From: Mobula hypostoma
Taxonomy: Eukaryota
Assembly (NCBI RefSeq): GCF_963921235.1
Contig: NC_086097.1
Coordinates: 150,290,001 to 150,354,000 of the forward strand
Reading direction: 5' to 3'
DNA: 64,000 nucleotides
The first letter of the stretch is position 1; every line of letters begins with the position of its first letter. Shown here piece after piece: positions 39,045-52,489 of the stretch. The notes below the pieces were generated by a model that made no database searches, was not told where the DNA came from, and was given only the letters and a program-made list of their open reading frames with translations. The position numbers were made by a program, and so were the translations under genes.

Positions 39045-39222
39045 TTTCCATCCATGCTGTGTTACGAGCTGATGATCTCTTTGGAAACTCACCCGGCAGA
39101 AGGCAATGGCAAACCACTGCTGTAACTTGCCTCATACGCGGTTCCCCACTACATCAGAGAGGCCTGGAGGGAAATCGTCTGGTAACCGGAGAAACTCCGG
39201 ATGCAACGTACCTTTCCTTTAT
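39045..39222 (+). mobile_element. 3' part of an RTE-related SINE
   Basis: CAGAAGGCAATGGCAAACCACTGCTG matches the RTE 5' UTR motif at 3358-3383 (minus strand). (CCTTT)n-like tail. Confidence 0.6.
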
Positions 39223-39452
39223 ACTTTGATAATAAATGAACATATGGACTCACATTCAAGTAACCTTTATCTCATGTTCTTGATCTTTATTGCTTATTTA
39301 TTGTTTCTTTTTTCTTTTGTGTTTGCAGAGTTTGTTGACTTTTGCGCAATGGTTGTTTGTCCATCCTGTTGTGTGTGGTCTTACATTGATTCTATTACGA
39401 TTCTTGGATTTACTATGAAGAAAATGAATCTCAGGGTTGTATATGGTATAGT

Positions 39453-40090
39453 GGCTGTCTCTCCCCCTCTGGTAGCAAAACGATCCCACCAGTGATCAAA
39501 GGCAGTTTCCCCACTCTGGCAACAAAACGATCCCACCAGCGACCAAAGACAATTTCTCCTCTACGGTAGCAAAATGATCCCACCAGCGACCAAAGACAGT
39601 TTCCCCTCTACGGTAACAAAATGATCCCACCAGCGACCAAAGACAGTTTCCCCTCTACGGTAGCAAAACGATCCCACCAGTGACCAAAGACAGTTTCCCC
39701 TCTACGGTAGCAAAACGATCCCACCAGTGATCAAAGACAGTTTCCCCTCTCCGGTAGTAAAACGATCCCACCAGTGACCAAAGACAGTTTCCCCTCTACG
39801 GTAGCAAAACGATCCCACCAGCAACCAAAGACAGTTTCCCCTCTACGGTAGCAAAACGATCCCACCAGCGATCACAGGCAATGTCCCTTCTCCGGTAGCA
39901 AAACGATCCCACCAGCGATCACAGGCAATGTCCCTTCTCCGGTAGCAAAACGATCCCACCAGCGATCACAGGCAATGTCCCTTCTATGGTAGCAAAACGA
40001 TCCCACCAGCGATCACAGGCAATGTCCCTTCTCCGGCAGCAGAGTGACCGCACCATTGATCAAAAAAACGGTCTCCTCTCCCCAGTAGCA
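39453..40090. repeat. 47-bp minisatellite, ~13 units
   Basis: Unit GGTAGCAAAACGATCCCACCAGCGACCAAAGACAGTTTCCCCTCTAC starts at 39471, 39518, 39565 ... 39988, 40035. Confidence 0.95.
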
Positions 40091-40429
40091 GAGCAATCAA
40101 AAGGTAGGCAGCCGGCACTCACCTTCTCTTCGATGCTTCGATGTTTGACTCCATTTCGGCAATTAAAGCTTCCACTGTTTGCCAATTAAAGCGGAGAGTG
40201 AGATTGAAACATCTTTCAGAGTTGTATACTTAGATAATAAATGAACCTTTGAATCTTTGAACCTTTAGCCTCAAAACATTGCTGCAGGAGATCTAGAGTC
40301 ATTTGCTGAACCTGTTTCATTAATGACCTTAGAGACAGAAGTGGAGGTGTGTGCTAAAAAATTGCATTGCATTCAATTTGCAACTGTTCAGAAAAATGAA
40401 GCTACTGGTGCATTCATGCAGGAGAAGGG

Positions 40430-42040
40430 TCAGAGTCATAGAACACTACAGCACAGAAACAGTCCCTCCAGCCCCTCTAGTCTGTGTTGACATTATTTTC
40501 CTAGTTCCGCCAACCTGTACCTGGATCATAGCTCTTCATACCCCACCCATCCATGTACTTACCCAAACTTTTTTTGGAACTTTAAAATTGAACATACCTC
40601 CACCACTTCTGCTGGCACCTCATTCTATACTCTCACCACTTTCTAAGTGAAGAAGATCCCCCTCAGTTTCCCCTTAAACATTCCACCTATCACCCTTAAC
40701 CAATGACCACTAGTTTCTGTCTCACCTAACCTCACTGGAAAAAGCTTGCTTGACTATATCTCTACCTCTTATGATTAGATATACCTGTAACAAATCTCCC
40801 CTCATTCTCCTACGCTCCAGGGAATGAAGTCCTAAATTGCTCAGCTTTTACCCATATCTCCTATCCTTAAGTCCTGGCAACATTCTTGTAAATTTTCTCT
40901 CTACTCTTTCAAACTTTTTAACATCTTTCCTGTAGATAGTTGACCAAAACTGCACACAATACTCCAAATTCTTATCCTCACCAATATCTTATACAACTTC
41001 AACATAATATCCCATCTCATGGACTTTGACTTATGAAGGTCAATGTGCCAAAAACTTTCTTTATGACCCTATCTACCTGTGATGCTACTTTCAAGGAATT
41101 ATGAATCCGTATTCCCAGATCCCCCTGTTGTACCACCTTCCTCAGAGCTCTACCACTCACCATGTAAAACCTACTCTGGTTGGTTCTCCCAAAGTGCAAC
41201 ACTTCAAAGTTGTCTGCATTAAATTCCATCTGCCATTTTTCAGCCTAATTTTCCAGCTGATCCAGATCCGACTGTAATCTTTGAGAGCCTTTTTCACTGT
41301 CCACTATGCCCCCAATCTTGGTGTTCTCTGCAGACTTGCTGATCCAGTTTACCACATTATCATCAAGATTGTTGATATAGATGCCAAACAACAATGGACC
41401 CTGCAGCATACCACTAGTCACAGGCGTCCAGTCAGAGGGACAACTATCTACTACCACTGTTTGCTTCTCCTATGAAGCCAATGTCTAATCTTATTTACCA
41501 TCTCATTCTGAATGTCAAGCAACTGAATCTTCTTGACCAACTCCTGCGGGACCTTGTCAAAGACCTTGTTAAAGTTCATGCAAACAATATCCACTGCCTT
41601 GCCTCCATTAACTGTCTTGGTAACTTCCTCAAAAAAAACTATAAGATTGGTTAGACACAACCTACCACACATAACATCATGTTGACTATCCTTAATCCGC
41701 CCTTCTATCCAAATATGTATCTAGTCCCTTAGAATTCTTTCCAATAACTTACCCACTACTGATGTCAGGCTTACCAGCCTATAATTTACCGGCTTATTCC
41801 TAGAGCCTTGGTTAAACAACGGAAGAACCTTAACCATCCTCCAATCCTCCAACAGCTCAATGCAATTTAAGAATCTCTACTAGGGCCCCTGAAATTTTGC
41901 ACTGGCCTCCCACAAGGTTTGAGGGACCATCTTGTCAACCCCTGAGGATTTATCCAACCCAATAAGCACTTCCTTCTCTGTAATCTCTATATGGTCCATG
42001 GCCTTACTACTATTTCACCTCATTTCTATAGACTCTGTGT
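40430..42040 (-). mobile_element. CR1 LINE (RT to 3' end)
   Basis: CLTNLIVFFEEVT, NFNKVFDKVP, VTSGMLQG, GIYINNLD, MEFNADNFEVLHFG. Confidence 0.88.
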
Positions 42041-42044
42041 CCAG

Positions 42045-45000
42045 CAAAATCAGGCTTGGGTGACATAAGTATCTGGTAAGTTTCTTCTTATTGAAGGTGT
42101 TATACTTGAATGCTCGCAGCATGCGGAATAAGGTAAATGAATTTGTAGCATAGCTACAGATCAGAGTGTATGACATTGTGGCCATCATTGAATCATGTCT
42201 ATAATAAGATTATAGCCGGGAGCTTAATGTCCAAACATACACATTGTATCAAAAGGTCAGGCAGGTAGACAGAGGGGTTAGGGTGTCTCTGTTGGTAAAA
42301 AATGAAATCAAATCATTAGGAAGAGCTGACATAGGATCATAATCATTGGGGATAGAACAAAGAAACTATATTGGTAAAGTGACACTGATGGGAGTTATAC
42401 TCAGACCTCTGAACAATAGCAAAGAGGCGATCTACAAATTACAATGAGAGATAGAAAATGCATTTCAAAAAGGGCACAGTTACGATAATGATGGAGAGGT
42501 TCAATATCTAGGTTGACCGGGATAATCAGCTAGGTACTGGATACTAAGAAAGGGAATTTGTTGAATACCTACGAGATGGATTTTTAGAGCAGGTCATGGT
42601 TGAGCCCACTAAGGGATCAGATATACCAGATGGGGTGTTGTGCACTGAACCGGAATTCATTAGAGAGCTTAAGGTAAAGGAACATTCAGGAGCCAGTGAT
42701 TATAATATGATAGAATTCACCCTGCAGTTTGAGAAGCAGAAGCTAAGATGTCAGATGCATCAGTATTACAGTGGACTAAAATGAATTACAGATGCATGAG
42801 AGAGGAGCTGGCCAAAATTGATTGGAAAGGAATACTGGAAGGGATAATGACAGAGCAGCATTGGCTGTAGTTTCTGGGAGTGATTCGGAGGGCACAGGAT
42901 AGGTACATCCCAAAGAAGTATCCTAAAGGCAGGATGATGCAGCCATGGCTGACAAGAGAAGTCAAAGCAAACATAAAAGCCAAAGAGAGGGCATATACTA
43001 AAGCAAACATTTGTCAAAAGTTAGAGGATTGGGAAGCTTTTAAAAAACAACAGAAGGCAAGTAAAAGAAGTCATAAAGAAGGAAAAGATAAAATCTGAAG
43101 GGAAGCTAGTCAATAATATTAAAAAGATCGCCAAAAGTTCCTTCAGGTATAGAAGCTGTAAAAGCAAGGTGGAAGTAGATATCAGACTACTGGAAAATTA
43201 TGCTGGAGAGGTAGTAATGGGGGACAATGAAATAGTGGATGAACTGAATAAGTATTTTGCATCAGTCTTCACTGTGGAAGACATCAGCAGTGAGTATGCC
43301 AGAAGTTAGAGGGTGTCAGGGGACAGAATTGAGTGACGTTGCCAATACGAAGTGGAAGCTGGTTGGGAAACTGAAAGGGCTGAAGGTAGATAAGTCACCC
43401 AAACAAGATGGAGTACACGCCAGGGTTCTGAAAGAGGTAGCTGAAAAGATTATGGAGACATTAGTAATGATATCTCAAGAGCTAATACATTCTGGCATGG
43501 TTCTAGAGACTGAAAAATTGCAAATGTCACTCTACTCTTCAAGAAGGGAGAGAGACAGAAAAAAAGAAATTATAGGCCAGTTAGTCTGACCTCAGTGGCT
43601 AGGAAGATCTAGAAGTTGATTGTTCAGGATGTGGTTTTGGGGTGCTTGGAGTCACATAATAAAGTAGGCTGAAGTCAGCATGGGAAGATCTTGCCATTGG
43701 AGTTCTTTGAAGTAATAACAAGCAGGATAGACAAAGGAGAATCAGTTGACGGTGCTTACTTGGATTTTCAGAAGGCCTTTGACAAGGTGCCACACATGAG
43801 GCTGCTTAACTAGCTACAAGCCCATATTATTACAGGAAAGATACAACCTTGGATAGAGCGTTGGCTGATTGGCAGAAGGCAAAGAGTGGGAACAACGAGA
43901 GCCTTTTCGGGTTGCTGCCAGTGATTAGTGGTGTTGCACAGGGGTCTGTATTGTGATGACTTCTTTTTACATTGTATGTCAATGATCTGGATGATAGAAT
44001 TCATGGCTTTGTGGCCAAGTTTGTGAATGATATGAAGATAGGTGGAGGTGTAGGCAGTGTTGAGGAAGTAGAGAGGCTGCAGAAGGACTTAGACATACAA
44101 GGAGAATGGGCAGAAGGTCACAGACGGAATACAGTGTATCGTCATGCACTTTGGTAGAAGAAATAATGTGCAGGCAATTTTCTAAATGGAGAGAATATTA
44201 TACAATCGAGGTGCAAAGGGATTTGGGAGTCCTTGTGCAGGGTTCCCTAAAGGTTAATTTGCAGTTATTGTGAGAAAGGCAAATGCAATGTTAGCATTCA
44301 TTCGGAGAGGACTAGAATACAAAAGCAAGAATGTAATGTTGAGGCTTTATAAAGCACTGGCGAGGCCTCACTTGGAGTATTGTGAGCAGGTTTGCGTCCC
44401 TTATCCTAGAAAGGAAGTGCTGATGTTGGAGAGGGTACAGAGGAGGTTCACAAAAATGATTCTGGGATTGAAAGGATTATCATATGAGCAATGTTCCCTC
44501 AGAGGTGTGCAGGTGCACACATATTTTTCTTCTAGCACACAAAAGGTGGTCACACTCTACCTGGTTAGCATGTTAATTATCTTTCACGATTGTGCACAAT
44601 CACATTTCCTTTTCCAGTTTCTGATGTGGATGGTGTTTACAACATGGAGTTTGCAATGATTTGCCTGCAGATTTTAGAACTTGCTTACTCTTTCTATTGA
44701 AGATATTATTGATTCACTGTTGAATTCCAAAGAAGCAAAGGGTGTGCAATGCAAAAGAGCTGCTAGTTCATTTAAAGAGGAATGGCTTAATGAAACAGTA
44801 GAAACAGCTACACCAAAAGCTCATGAGGTCAGGAGCTTACAATAAATATTTATGTACATAACAGAAACTGGTGTTACCTACATGTATTTTCACAATGTAA
44901 AAGTTACTAGAGAATTTGCAAGTGGGAAGAAGTGGAGTGATATTTGGAAACTTGACTTATTAAAGCACCATTTAGCAAACAAATCACATATGGACAGTGT

Positions 45001-45665
45001 GCTAAAGCTCCAGTGAGAAAATCCTTAATTATCTGCTATAGGCCTGCTATGTATCTTGTGTGAGAGTGCAGATGAACGAGAGTGAAAATGATCAAACCCA
45101 GAGGAGATCAAAGTTCCTATTGACAGTGTTTGCTAGCTGTTAAAATGAATAACTCTAAAAGTTGCACAGCACAAGATTTTTGCACACTCTGGTCATTACA
45201 AATTAGAGGGAACATTGCATACGCGGAGTGTTGATGTCTCTGGGCCTGTACTCACTGGAATTCAGAAGAATGAGGGGGGATCTCATTGAAACCTATTGAA
45301 TGTTAAAAAGCCTCGGTTAGGTGAATGTGGAGAGAACGTTTTCTGTGGTGAGGTAGTCTAAGATCAGAGGACACAGCCTCAGAATAGAAGGACACACATT
45401 TTGGAAAGAAGGTAAGGAGGAGTTTCCTTAGCCAGAGAGTGGTGAATCTGTGCAATTCTTTGCCATAGATGGTGGTGGAGGCCAAGTTATTGGGTATTTT
45501 TAAGGCAGAGGTTGATAGATTTTTGATAAGTCAGGGCATGAAGGAATATGGGGAGAAGGTAGGAGATTGAGGCTGAGAGGGAGATGGATCATCCATGATG
45601 AAATGGCAGAGCAGACTCAATGGGCCAAATGGCCTAATTCTGGTCTTATATGTTATGATCTGCTA
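42045..45665 (+). mobile_element. CR1 LINE ORF2 to 3' end, interrupted by a hAT derivative
   Basis: LKVLYLNARS (APE start), PWLTREVK, DFQKAFDKVPH, YVNDLDD, RPHLEYC, CR1 3' UTR. Confidence 0.9.
44489..45217 (+). mobile_element. Non-autonomous hAT derivative (729 bp)
   Basis: TIR CAATGTTCCCTC / GAGGGAACATTG. Diverged 8-bp TSD CATATGAG / CATACGCG. CR1 sequence resumes across it. Transposase N-terminal remnant (SFKEEWL, WKLDLLKHHLANKSH). Confidence 0.85.
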
Positions 45666-45689
45666 TTGTTTTCTTGCAAACAATCCATT

Positions 45690-46500
45690 TAAAATCACTC
45701 TTTCTGCTCCATGCATAGATGACCTCTCCAATCTTCATGAGTACCAATATCTGCAGAAGCTGTTTTGATTCTCCTTCACCCCGTTTGCTGGAGCAACCTC
45801 ATGCCTTTTTCTGATTTCCTTTTTAAGTGTTGTCTTGAATTCCTTATACTCCTCAAGTACCTTATTTGTTCCTTGCTGTCTATATCTTCTATGCACCTCT
45901 TTCTACTCCTTAACCAGGACCTTAAAAACAAAGGTTCCCTATGCCAGTTAGCCTGGCCTTCTATTCTATTCCTTAACCAGGACCTTAAAAACAAAGGTTC
46001 CCTATGCCAGTTAGCCTGGCCTTCTATTCTATTCCTTAACCAGGACCTTAAAAACAAAGGTTCCCTATGCCAGTTAGCCTGGCCTTCTATTCTATTCAGC
46101 AACACACATGCTCTTTATTTTCAATAATTTTCTTTGAAGGCCTCTCCCTTACCAACCCACCTTTGCCAGAAAACAACGTCTCCCAGATTCTTTCTGATAC
46201 CATCAAAACTGGCCTTTCTTCCATTTTGAGAATTAGATCTATCCTTCTCCATAATTATCTTGAAACTAATGGATTTATAATCACCAGAAATAAAGTGTCC
46301 CCCTATGCACACTTCAGTCACCTACCTTATTTTGCTCCCAAAAATCTCATTCTCTCTGTGTATTGATTAAGGAAACTTCCCTGGACACATTTGACAAACT
46401 CTATCCTATCCAGCCGTTTTACAGTATGGGAGTCCAATCAATGTAGAAAGTTAAAACAACCTTATGTTTCTTACAACTGTCTGCGATCTCTCTACAATTT
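45690..46500 (-). mobile_element. CR1 LINE fragment (APE/linker)
   Basis: Minus-strand remnants EIADSCKKHKV, GHFISGDYKSISFKIIMEKD, REPLF, LKRKSEK. Confidence 0.75.
45908..46096. repeat. Perfect 63-bp x3 tandem repeat inside CR1
   Basis: Units start at 45908, 45971 and 46034. Confidence 0.95.
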
Positions 46501-46789
46501 TGTTTCTCTAAACATCTAAAACAACATGCTGATATGAGCTGACAAATGGTGAACAATAGTTGAATATCAAAAGTGCCAAGCAATTATCATCTTCAATAGG
46601 TAACTATTATTGATATTCATTGTTGAGGTCCCATCACCAATTTTCTGGGATCACCACTAACTAGAGACTCAGCTCAACTGGAACAGCCATATAAATACTG
46701 TGAATTATCTGAATGATTCCCCCTCCAGACACAGGGCCTTTTCATTATGTATGTGGTACAAGCCAGGAGCATGATGGAATTCTGTCTAT

Positions 46790-47680
46790 ACATTGGTTCA
46801 AAGTTCAAAGTAAATATATTATCAAGTATGCATGTGATACCGTACACTACCTTGACATTTTTTTCTTTCAGGCATTTGGAGGAAAAAAGAAATACAATAG
46901 AATTTCATAAAAAATGACATAAACAGACAAATTATTGACAAACACCAATATGCAGAAGGCAAACTGTGTAAATAAAAACAATACTGGAAACATGAGTTGT
47001 AATGTCCTTGAACGTGAGTCTGTAGGTTTTAGAATCAGTTCATAATGGTGAATGAAGTTATCTATGCTGATTCAGGAGCCTGATGGTTGTAGGGTAATAA
47101 TTGTTCCTGAGTACGTACAGTAAGTGATCAACTGCACAAATTACCGTGTGGAGCCAAAGTCTCTGTCCCTCCTGCCCAATGGTAGTAGCAAAGAGACAGC
47201 ATGGCCTGGATGGATAAGGTCTTTGATGATAGATGCTGCTCTTTTTGTGGCAGTCCTCTATGTAAATGTTCTCAGCTGCAGGAAGGTCTTTGGATGTGAT
47301 GGACTGTGAGGTATCCACTACGATCCTTGGCCTTTTTCATTCCTGGGCATTGGTGTTTCCATACCAGGCAGTGATGTAAACAGTTAAATACTCTCCACCA
47401 TGCAGCCATAGAAGTTTGTCAAAGTTTTTGATGACATGCCAAATCTATGCAAACTCTTAAGAAAGTAGAGACACTATTTGTATCTTCTTTATGATGATAC
47501 TTTGTGCTGGTCCAAGGTTAGAGCCTCAGATATGTTGAACCCAAGGAATTTAAAGCTACAGGCCCTCTCCATCTATTGTTCCCGTAGTGAGGACAGACCC
47601 GAGGATCTTCAGCTTCTTCATCCTGTTGTCTATAATCATCTCCTTGGTTTTGCTGACGATAAGTGAGAGGCTGTTGTAGC
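46790..47680 (-). mobile_element. Degraded Rex1 LINE, 3' part
   Basis: LSLIVSKTKEMIID, FLG..ISE, YYPTTIRLLN. Confidence 0.75.
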
Positions 47681-47979
47681 CCCCTTGGCTCACAAACCCC
47701 ATCCTCAGAATCCCTCTCACCCTTTCCAGCCATTGCATATAAACTATAAAAAATTTTGATTGATGATGTATAGGAAAAGAAAATAGGAACTGTAATTTCA
47801 AAGCAGTGACATATAATTGCAAAATTATTCAAATGTATCTATAATTACAAATATAATTATTTCTTTATATAATGCCCTGGCTAAGATCTCTAGATTTCTA
47901 TTGCTATGCTCTAGGTATCTCACTTCATCAGTTTTCTGCAAAGGCAGTGTGTCCTGCTGATAGAAAGTTTTGGTGTCAC

Positions 47980-48177
47980 CTGGAGATAAGATGCCACATT
48001 ATTCCACTTAGGAATGTTGCATCAGCCAATCAGGATGGCAGGATTGGGAGAAAATTCTAGAGAAAGCAAAGCAGAGGAAGTGTTTCTGTGGGACACTAAT
48101 CTGGTTTGAGCCTTTTAGCAGGAGCTGCAGAGCGGGACAGAAGGGAAGTTGCCGCAGAACACTGTTGGAAGGTAAGT
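47980..48177 (+). promoter_or_regulatory. Candidate promoter/enhancer with a possible first-exon donor site
   Basis: AGATAAG 47984, AGCCAATCAG 48024, ATTGG 48043, AGAGGAAGTG 48073, and GAAG|GTAAGT at 48171, in unique sequence. Confidence 0.35.
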
Positions 48178-48454
48178 CCCCGTTGCTTGAAGTGCTTTGT
48201 ACAGATGAATGCCTCCATGGATGAAGGGCCAATATTTCTGAGGGAGAGCCAGTTTGTTTGAGGTACATTTCAAAGGAAGTTCGGAATGTGGCGTGTGCTT
48301 TCACGCAGATCATGGGTCCAGAACGTGAATAACAAATGACTCCGGTATGAGCTCCAATGGTAATATGCAGATTGGACTGGTTTAACTGCAATGAGTCTGT
48401 TATTTTCTCTTTCTTTACTTTTATTTTTCCTGTTAACTGTTTGATAAAGTTGAC

Positions 48455-50670
48455 ATTTGGACCATGTTGTGACTGCACACCCAAAGGCTGCCTTCATCGT
48501 CGCTGGTGATTTTAATGAAGCATCACTGTCTAAAGTCTCTCCGAAGTTTTGTCAAAACATCCAGGTGACCACATACTCAACCACTGCTACTCTCCCTTCC
48601 ACAATGTTAATAAAGCCTCCTCCACCTGCTGTTCAGAGAGTCAGATCACTCCTCCATCTTGCTTCTACCAATATACAGGCAGAAACTGAAACACGAAGTG
48701 GCCATAGTTAAAACTATCCACTGTTGGTCCGACCGATGCTACAGGACTGCTTTGATGACGTCAACTGGAATGTCTTTCATGATGAGGATGTCTCCGAGTT
48801 CAAGGAAGGGGTCACGAGCTTCGTGGATGTTGTCCTCCGGAAATCGGTCAGGGTCTGTCCAAACCAGAAACGTTGGATCAACGGTTCCATGTGAACAGAA
48901 CTTACCACGCGACATTGCCAGTAATCATCAGGGGTTCGAGAAATGCAGCTACAATCCGTGCAAAGTCATCAAGGCAGAGAAACGCCAGTACAGGGACAAG
49001 ATCCAGACACAACTCTACACCAACAACACACGCACCTTATGGCAAGGTCTGAACACCATCGCAGACTTCAAAGCTAAGCACAGTGGTGCTGCCAACATTG
49101 CTGTCTCTCTCCCAGATGAGCTACATCTTTTTTATACTTGGTTCGATATCGCCAACAGTGAGCCCCCGAGGAGAGCCACTGAAGCAGCCTGCACCTTGGT
49201 CATCTCTGAGGCTGAAGTACACAGGTGTTTCTGAGTGGACAGTCACAAGGCTGCGGGACCAGACGGCATCCCAGGCCGGGTACTCAGGATGTGCATAACA
49301 CAGCTGGCAGGTGTGTTTAGAGACATTTTTAATCTCACCCTCTCCCAGTGTAGAGTGCCCTCCTGCTTCAAAACATCCACCATTGTCCCTGTACCTAAAA
49401 AGACCAAGGTAACATGTCCAAACAACTGGCGTCCTGTTGCACTCACCTCAATAATAAGCAAATGATTTGAGAAGCTGGTGAAGGGCAACATCTGCAGCTT
49501 GCTGCCACCCACACTGGACTCCCTACAGTTCACCTACCGACACAATCAATTGACACTGCTCTGAAGACCGTCCTTACACATCTGGAGAAGAAGGATGCTT
49601 ATGTGAAGAATGCTGTTCTTGGACTACAGTTCGGCATTCAATACCATAATTCCCTCCAGGTTTAACAAGAAGCTCAGAGACCTTGGCCTTCACCCTGCTT
49701 TGTGCAGCTGGGTTTTGGACTTCCTGTCAGATCACTGGCAGGTGGTAAGAGTGGGCTCCCTCACCTCTGCCCCTCTGACCCTCAACACAGGTGTCCCTCA
49801 TGACTGTGTCCTTAGCCCCCTCCTTTACTCTCTGTGTACCCATGACTGTGTCTCCACCCACAGATTGAATTTGAACATCAGAACATCAGAAATAGGAGCA
49901 GGAGTAGGCCATCCAGCCCATCCAGCCTGCCCCGCCATTCAATAAGATCATGGTTGATCTCATAGTCATAGTCATAGTTGAGAGGGTGAACAGCTTTAAG
50001 CTCCTTGGCATACACATCACTGAGGATCTCATGTGGTCTGTACATATCTGCTGTGTGGTTAAAAAAAAAGCATAACAGCGTCTCTTTCACCTCAGACGGT
50101 TGAGTAAGTTTGGTATGGGTCCCCAAATTTCTATAGGGGTACAACTGAGAGCATCCTGACTGGCTGCATCACTGTCTGGTATGAGAACTGTACTTCCCTC
50201 AATCACAGGACTCTGCAGAGAGTGGTGCAAACAGCCCAGCGCATCTGTAGATGTGAACTTCCCACTATTCAGGACATTTACAAAGACAGGTGTGTAAAAA
50301 GGGCCTGAAGGATCATTGGGGACCCGAGTCACCCCAACCACAAACTGTTCCAGCTGCTATCATCTGGGAAATGGTACTGCAGCATAAAAGCCAGGACCAA
50401 CAGGCTCCGGGACAGCTTCTTCCACCAGGCCATCAGACTGATTAACTCACGCTGATACAATTTTATTTCTATGCTATATTGACTGTCCTGTTGTACATAC
50501 TATTTATTACATATTACTTTCAATTGCACATTGCACATTTAGACTGAGGTACAATGTAAACCAATTTCCCTCGGGATCAATAAAGTATGACTATGACTAT
50601 GACTAAAGATTTTTACTCCTCATGTATGTTAAGGATGTAAGTTATAAAGTCAACTCAATTCAATTCAATT
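48455..50670 (+). mobile_element. Rex1 LINE (APE remnant, RT, 3' end) with small nested LINE tails
   Basis: [43 protein letters not shown]1-like piece at ~49875-49960 and a (GACTAT)n tail at ~50586-50605. Confidence 0.9.
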
Positions 50671-51470
50671 TGTAAATATGCCTTTCTTTATAATTTTATG
50701 TGGTGTAGAATTTGTTATTTCTGGCCAACCAGCAATTGTGTACGTGCAGCATTTACACAGCATTTGCTCAAATTGAGGTTTCTTTACTGGGAACGTCATG
50801 ATGTTCTTGTTTGTTTGAACCGCAAATCATACCAGCCCTGGACATATATTGTTTATGAAAGGTGGCCTTCTCACCATGGAGTCACAAGGCTGTTAGCAGA
50901 GTTAACTAATGAGCCAAGTTTGTATCTGTGCCTGGTGAGAGGGTTACATCTATTTAATTATAGCAACAACAATTCTCATCAATGATTTTAAACCATACAT
51001 TACTAGTCCAGTTATTCACTATTTCATTGTTATTTCACCTTTCAATGAGATGGATGGTCTTGGTGCACAAAATGAATTGCGTGCTGCTTCTTAATGCAAC
51101 TAAATTATGTCTAAATTATATCCAAACTTTGCTCAAGAAAAGTAGTGATCAGAACAATAACTGAAAAAAATTGCCCAAACTTCTGAACTTGACATTCAAT
51201 GGTCAATTTGGTACCTTTCTCCTGAGCTAAGTAAAGGGTGGGATGTCAAATAATCCAATCAAAGAAATATTAAATTGGACTTTCCTGAGACATTTGCATA
51301 TCAAAGCATGCAAGTTGTTGCGCAGATCTACAGCAAAGTTTCTGCAATTTACCTTGGAAAACCTGTCCATTCAATCTGCATGATTTGATTCTGGGGTCTT
51401 CATTCATTTAAATGGAGAGCAAGAGAGAATGGTTTCAAGTAATGTTCATTCACTAAGTGAGTACATATGT

Positions 51471-52114
51471 ACCTTCAGTGATCACTTTATTAGGTAGCTC
51501 CTGTACCTAATAAAGTGGCACTGAATGTATGTCCAATCACAAACAAGAGAATTTTCCATAGATGCTCCCTGACCTGCTGAAGTCCTCCAGCATTTTGTGT
51601 GTGTTGACTGAATGCATGTTCACGGTCTTCTACTGCTGTAGTCCATCCACCTCAAATCTGATGGATTGTGCTCTCAGAAATGCTCTTTTGCACACTAATG
51701 ATGTAATGAATACCTACTTGAATTGCTGTCAGCTTGAAGCAATTTGGTCAGTCTCCTCTGACCCCTCTCATTAACCAGGCATTTTCACCCACAGAACTGC
51801 CACTCACCAGATGTTTTATATTATCTGCACCATTCTCTGTAAACTCTAGAGACTGTTGTGTGTGGAAATCCCAGGAGATCAGCAGTTTCTGACATACTCA
51901 AACCACCCCATCTGGCATCAACAATCATTCCATGGTCAAAGTCACTCAGATCACATTTCTTCCCTATTCCGATGTTTGGTCTGAGCAACAACTGAACCCT
52001 TGACCTCGTCTGTATGCATTTATGCATTGTGTTGCTGCCACATGATTGGCTGATTAGATATTTGTATTAACACATCGGTGTACAGGTGTACTTAATAAAG
52101 TGTCTACTGAGTGT
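51471..52114 (-). mobile_element. Non-autonomous Tc1-type element
   Basis: Degenerate TIRs CAGTGATCACTTTATTAGGTA / TACTTAATAAAGTGTCTACTG. Tc1 paired/HTH remnant DLSDFDHGMIVDARWGGLSMSETADLLGFPHTTVSRVYREW. Confidence 0.85.
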
Positions 52115-52273
52115 CTTATTCCACTTTCATTTAACTAAAACATCATATATTAAAAATCTTATAAGATTTTTTGATAGTGTGATGGTATTTTAACAGCTTG
52201 CTAAATATGTTTTTAAATTTGTTAACAGAATATTAAATATTTCTTGGTATTCCTGTGGGTAAAGCTTACTCAC

Positions 52274-52364
52274 CCTCAATCTGTGAAGCTCCCTGCAAAT
52301 GGAACATGGGGCCTCATCAACCAGTTTGGAGGAGGTTTCTGTGACAAAATTCCTGCTTGAAGAT
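52274..52364 (-). other. Possible distal non-coding exon
   Basis: TTATTTTGTGCAG| ... GAGG|GTGAGT. No recognisable protein. Confidence 0.3.
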
Positions 52365-52489
52365 CTGCACAAAATAAGCGTGGATGAAGCCAATTTGAGC
52401 TTATAGGACTAGATGCTTCAATCCCCCTGATAAGCAGGTCCTAACTCGGGTCATAGCATGGAGATCTTGAGGTGGGACTTGGTGGGTGG

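Noticed and set aside
39066..39092. Hammerhead core CTGATGA...GAAA in the SINE fragment
   Set aside because: No stem II pairing and no suitable stem III/NUH site.
39453..40090. CRISPR-like periodic array
   Set aside because: Units are contiguous near-identical 47-mers with no unique spacers, there are no cas genes, and the context is eukaryotic.
45765..46127. Repeat-containing proteins on both strands
   Set aside because: Artefact of the 63-bp triplication in a CR1 remnant.
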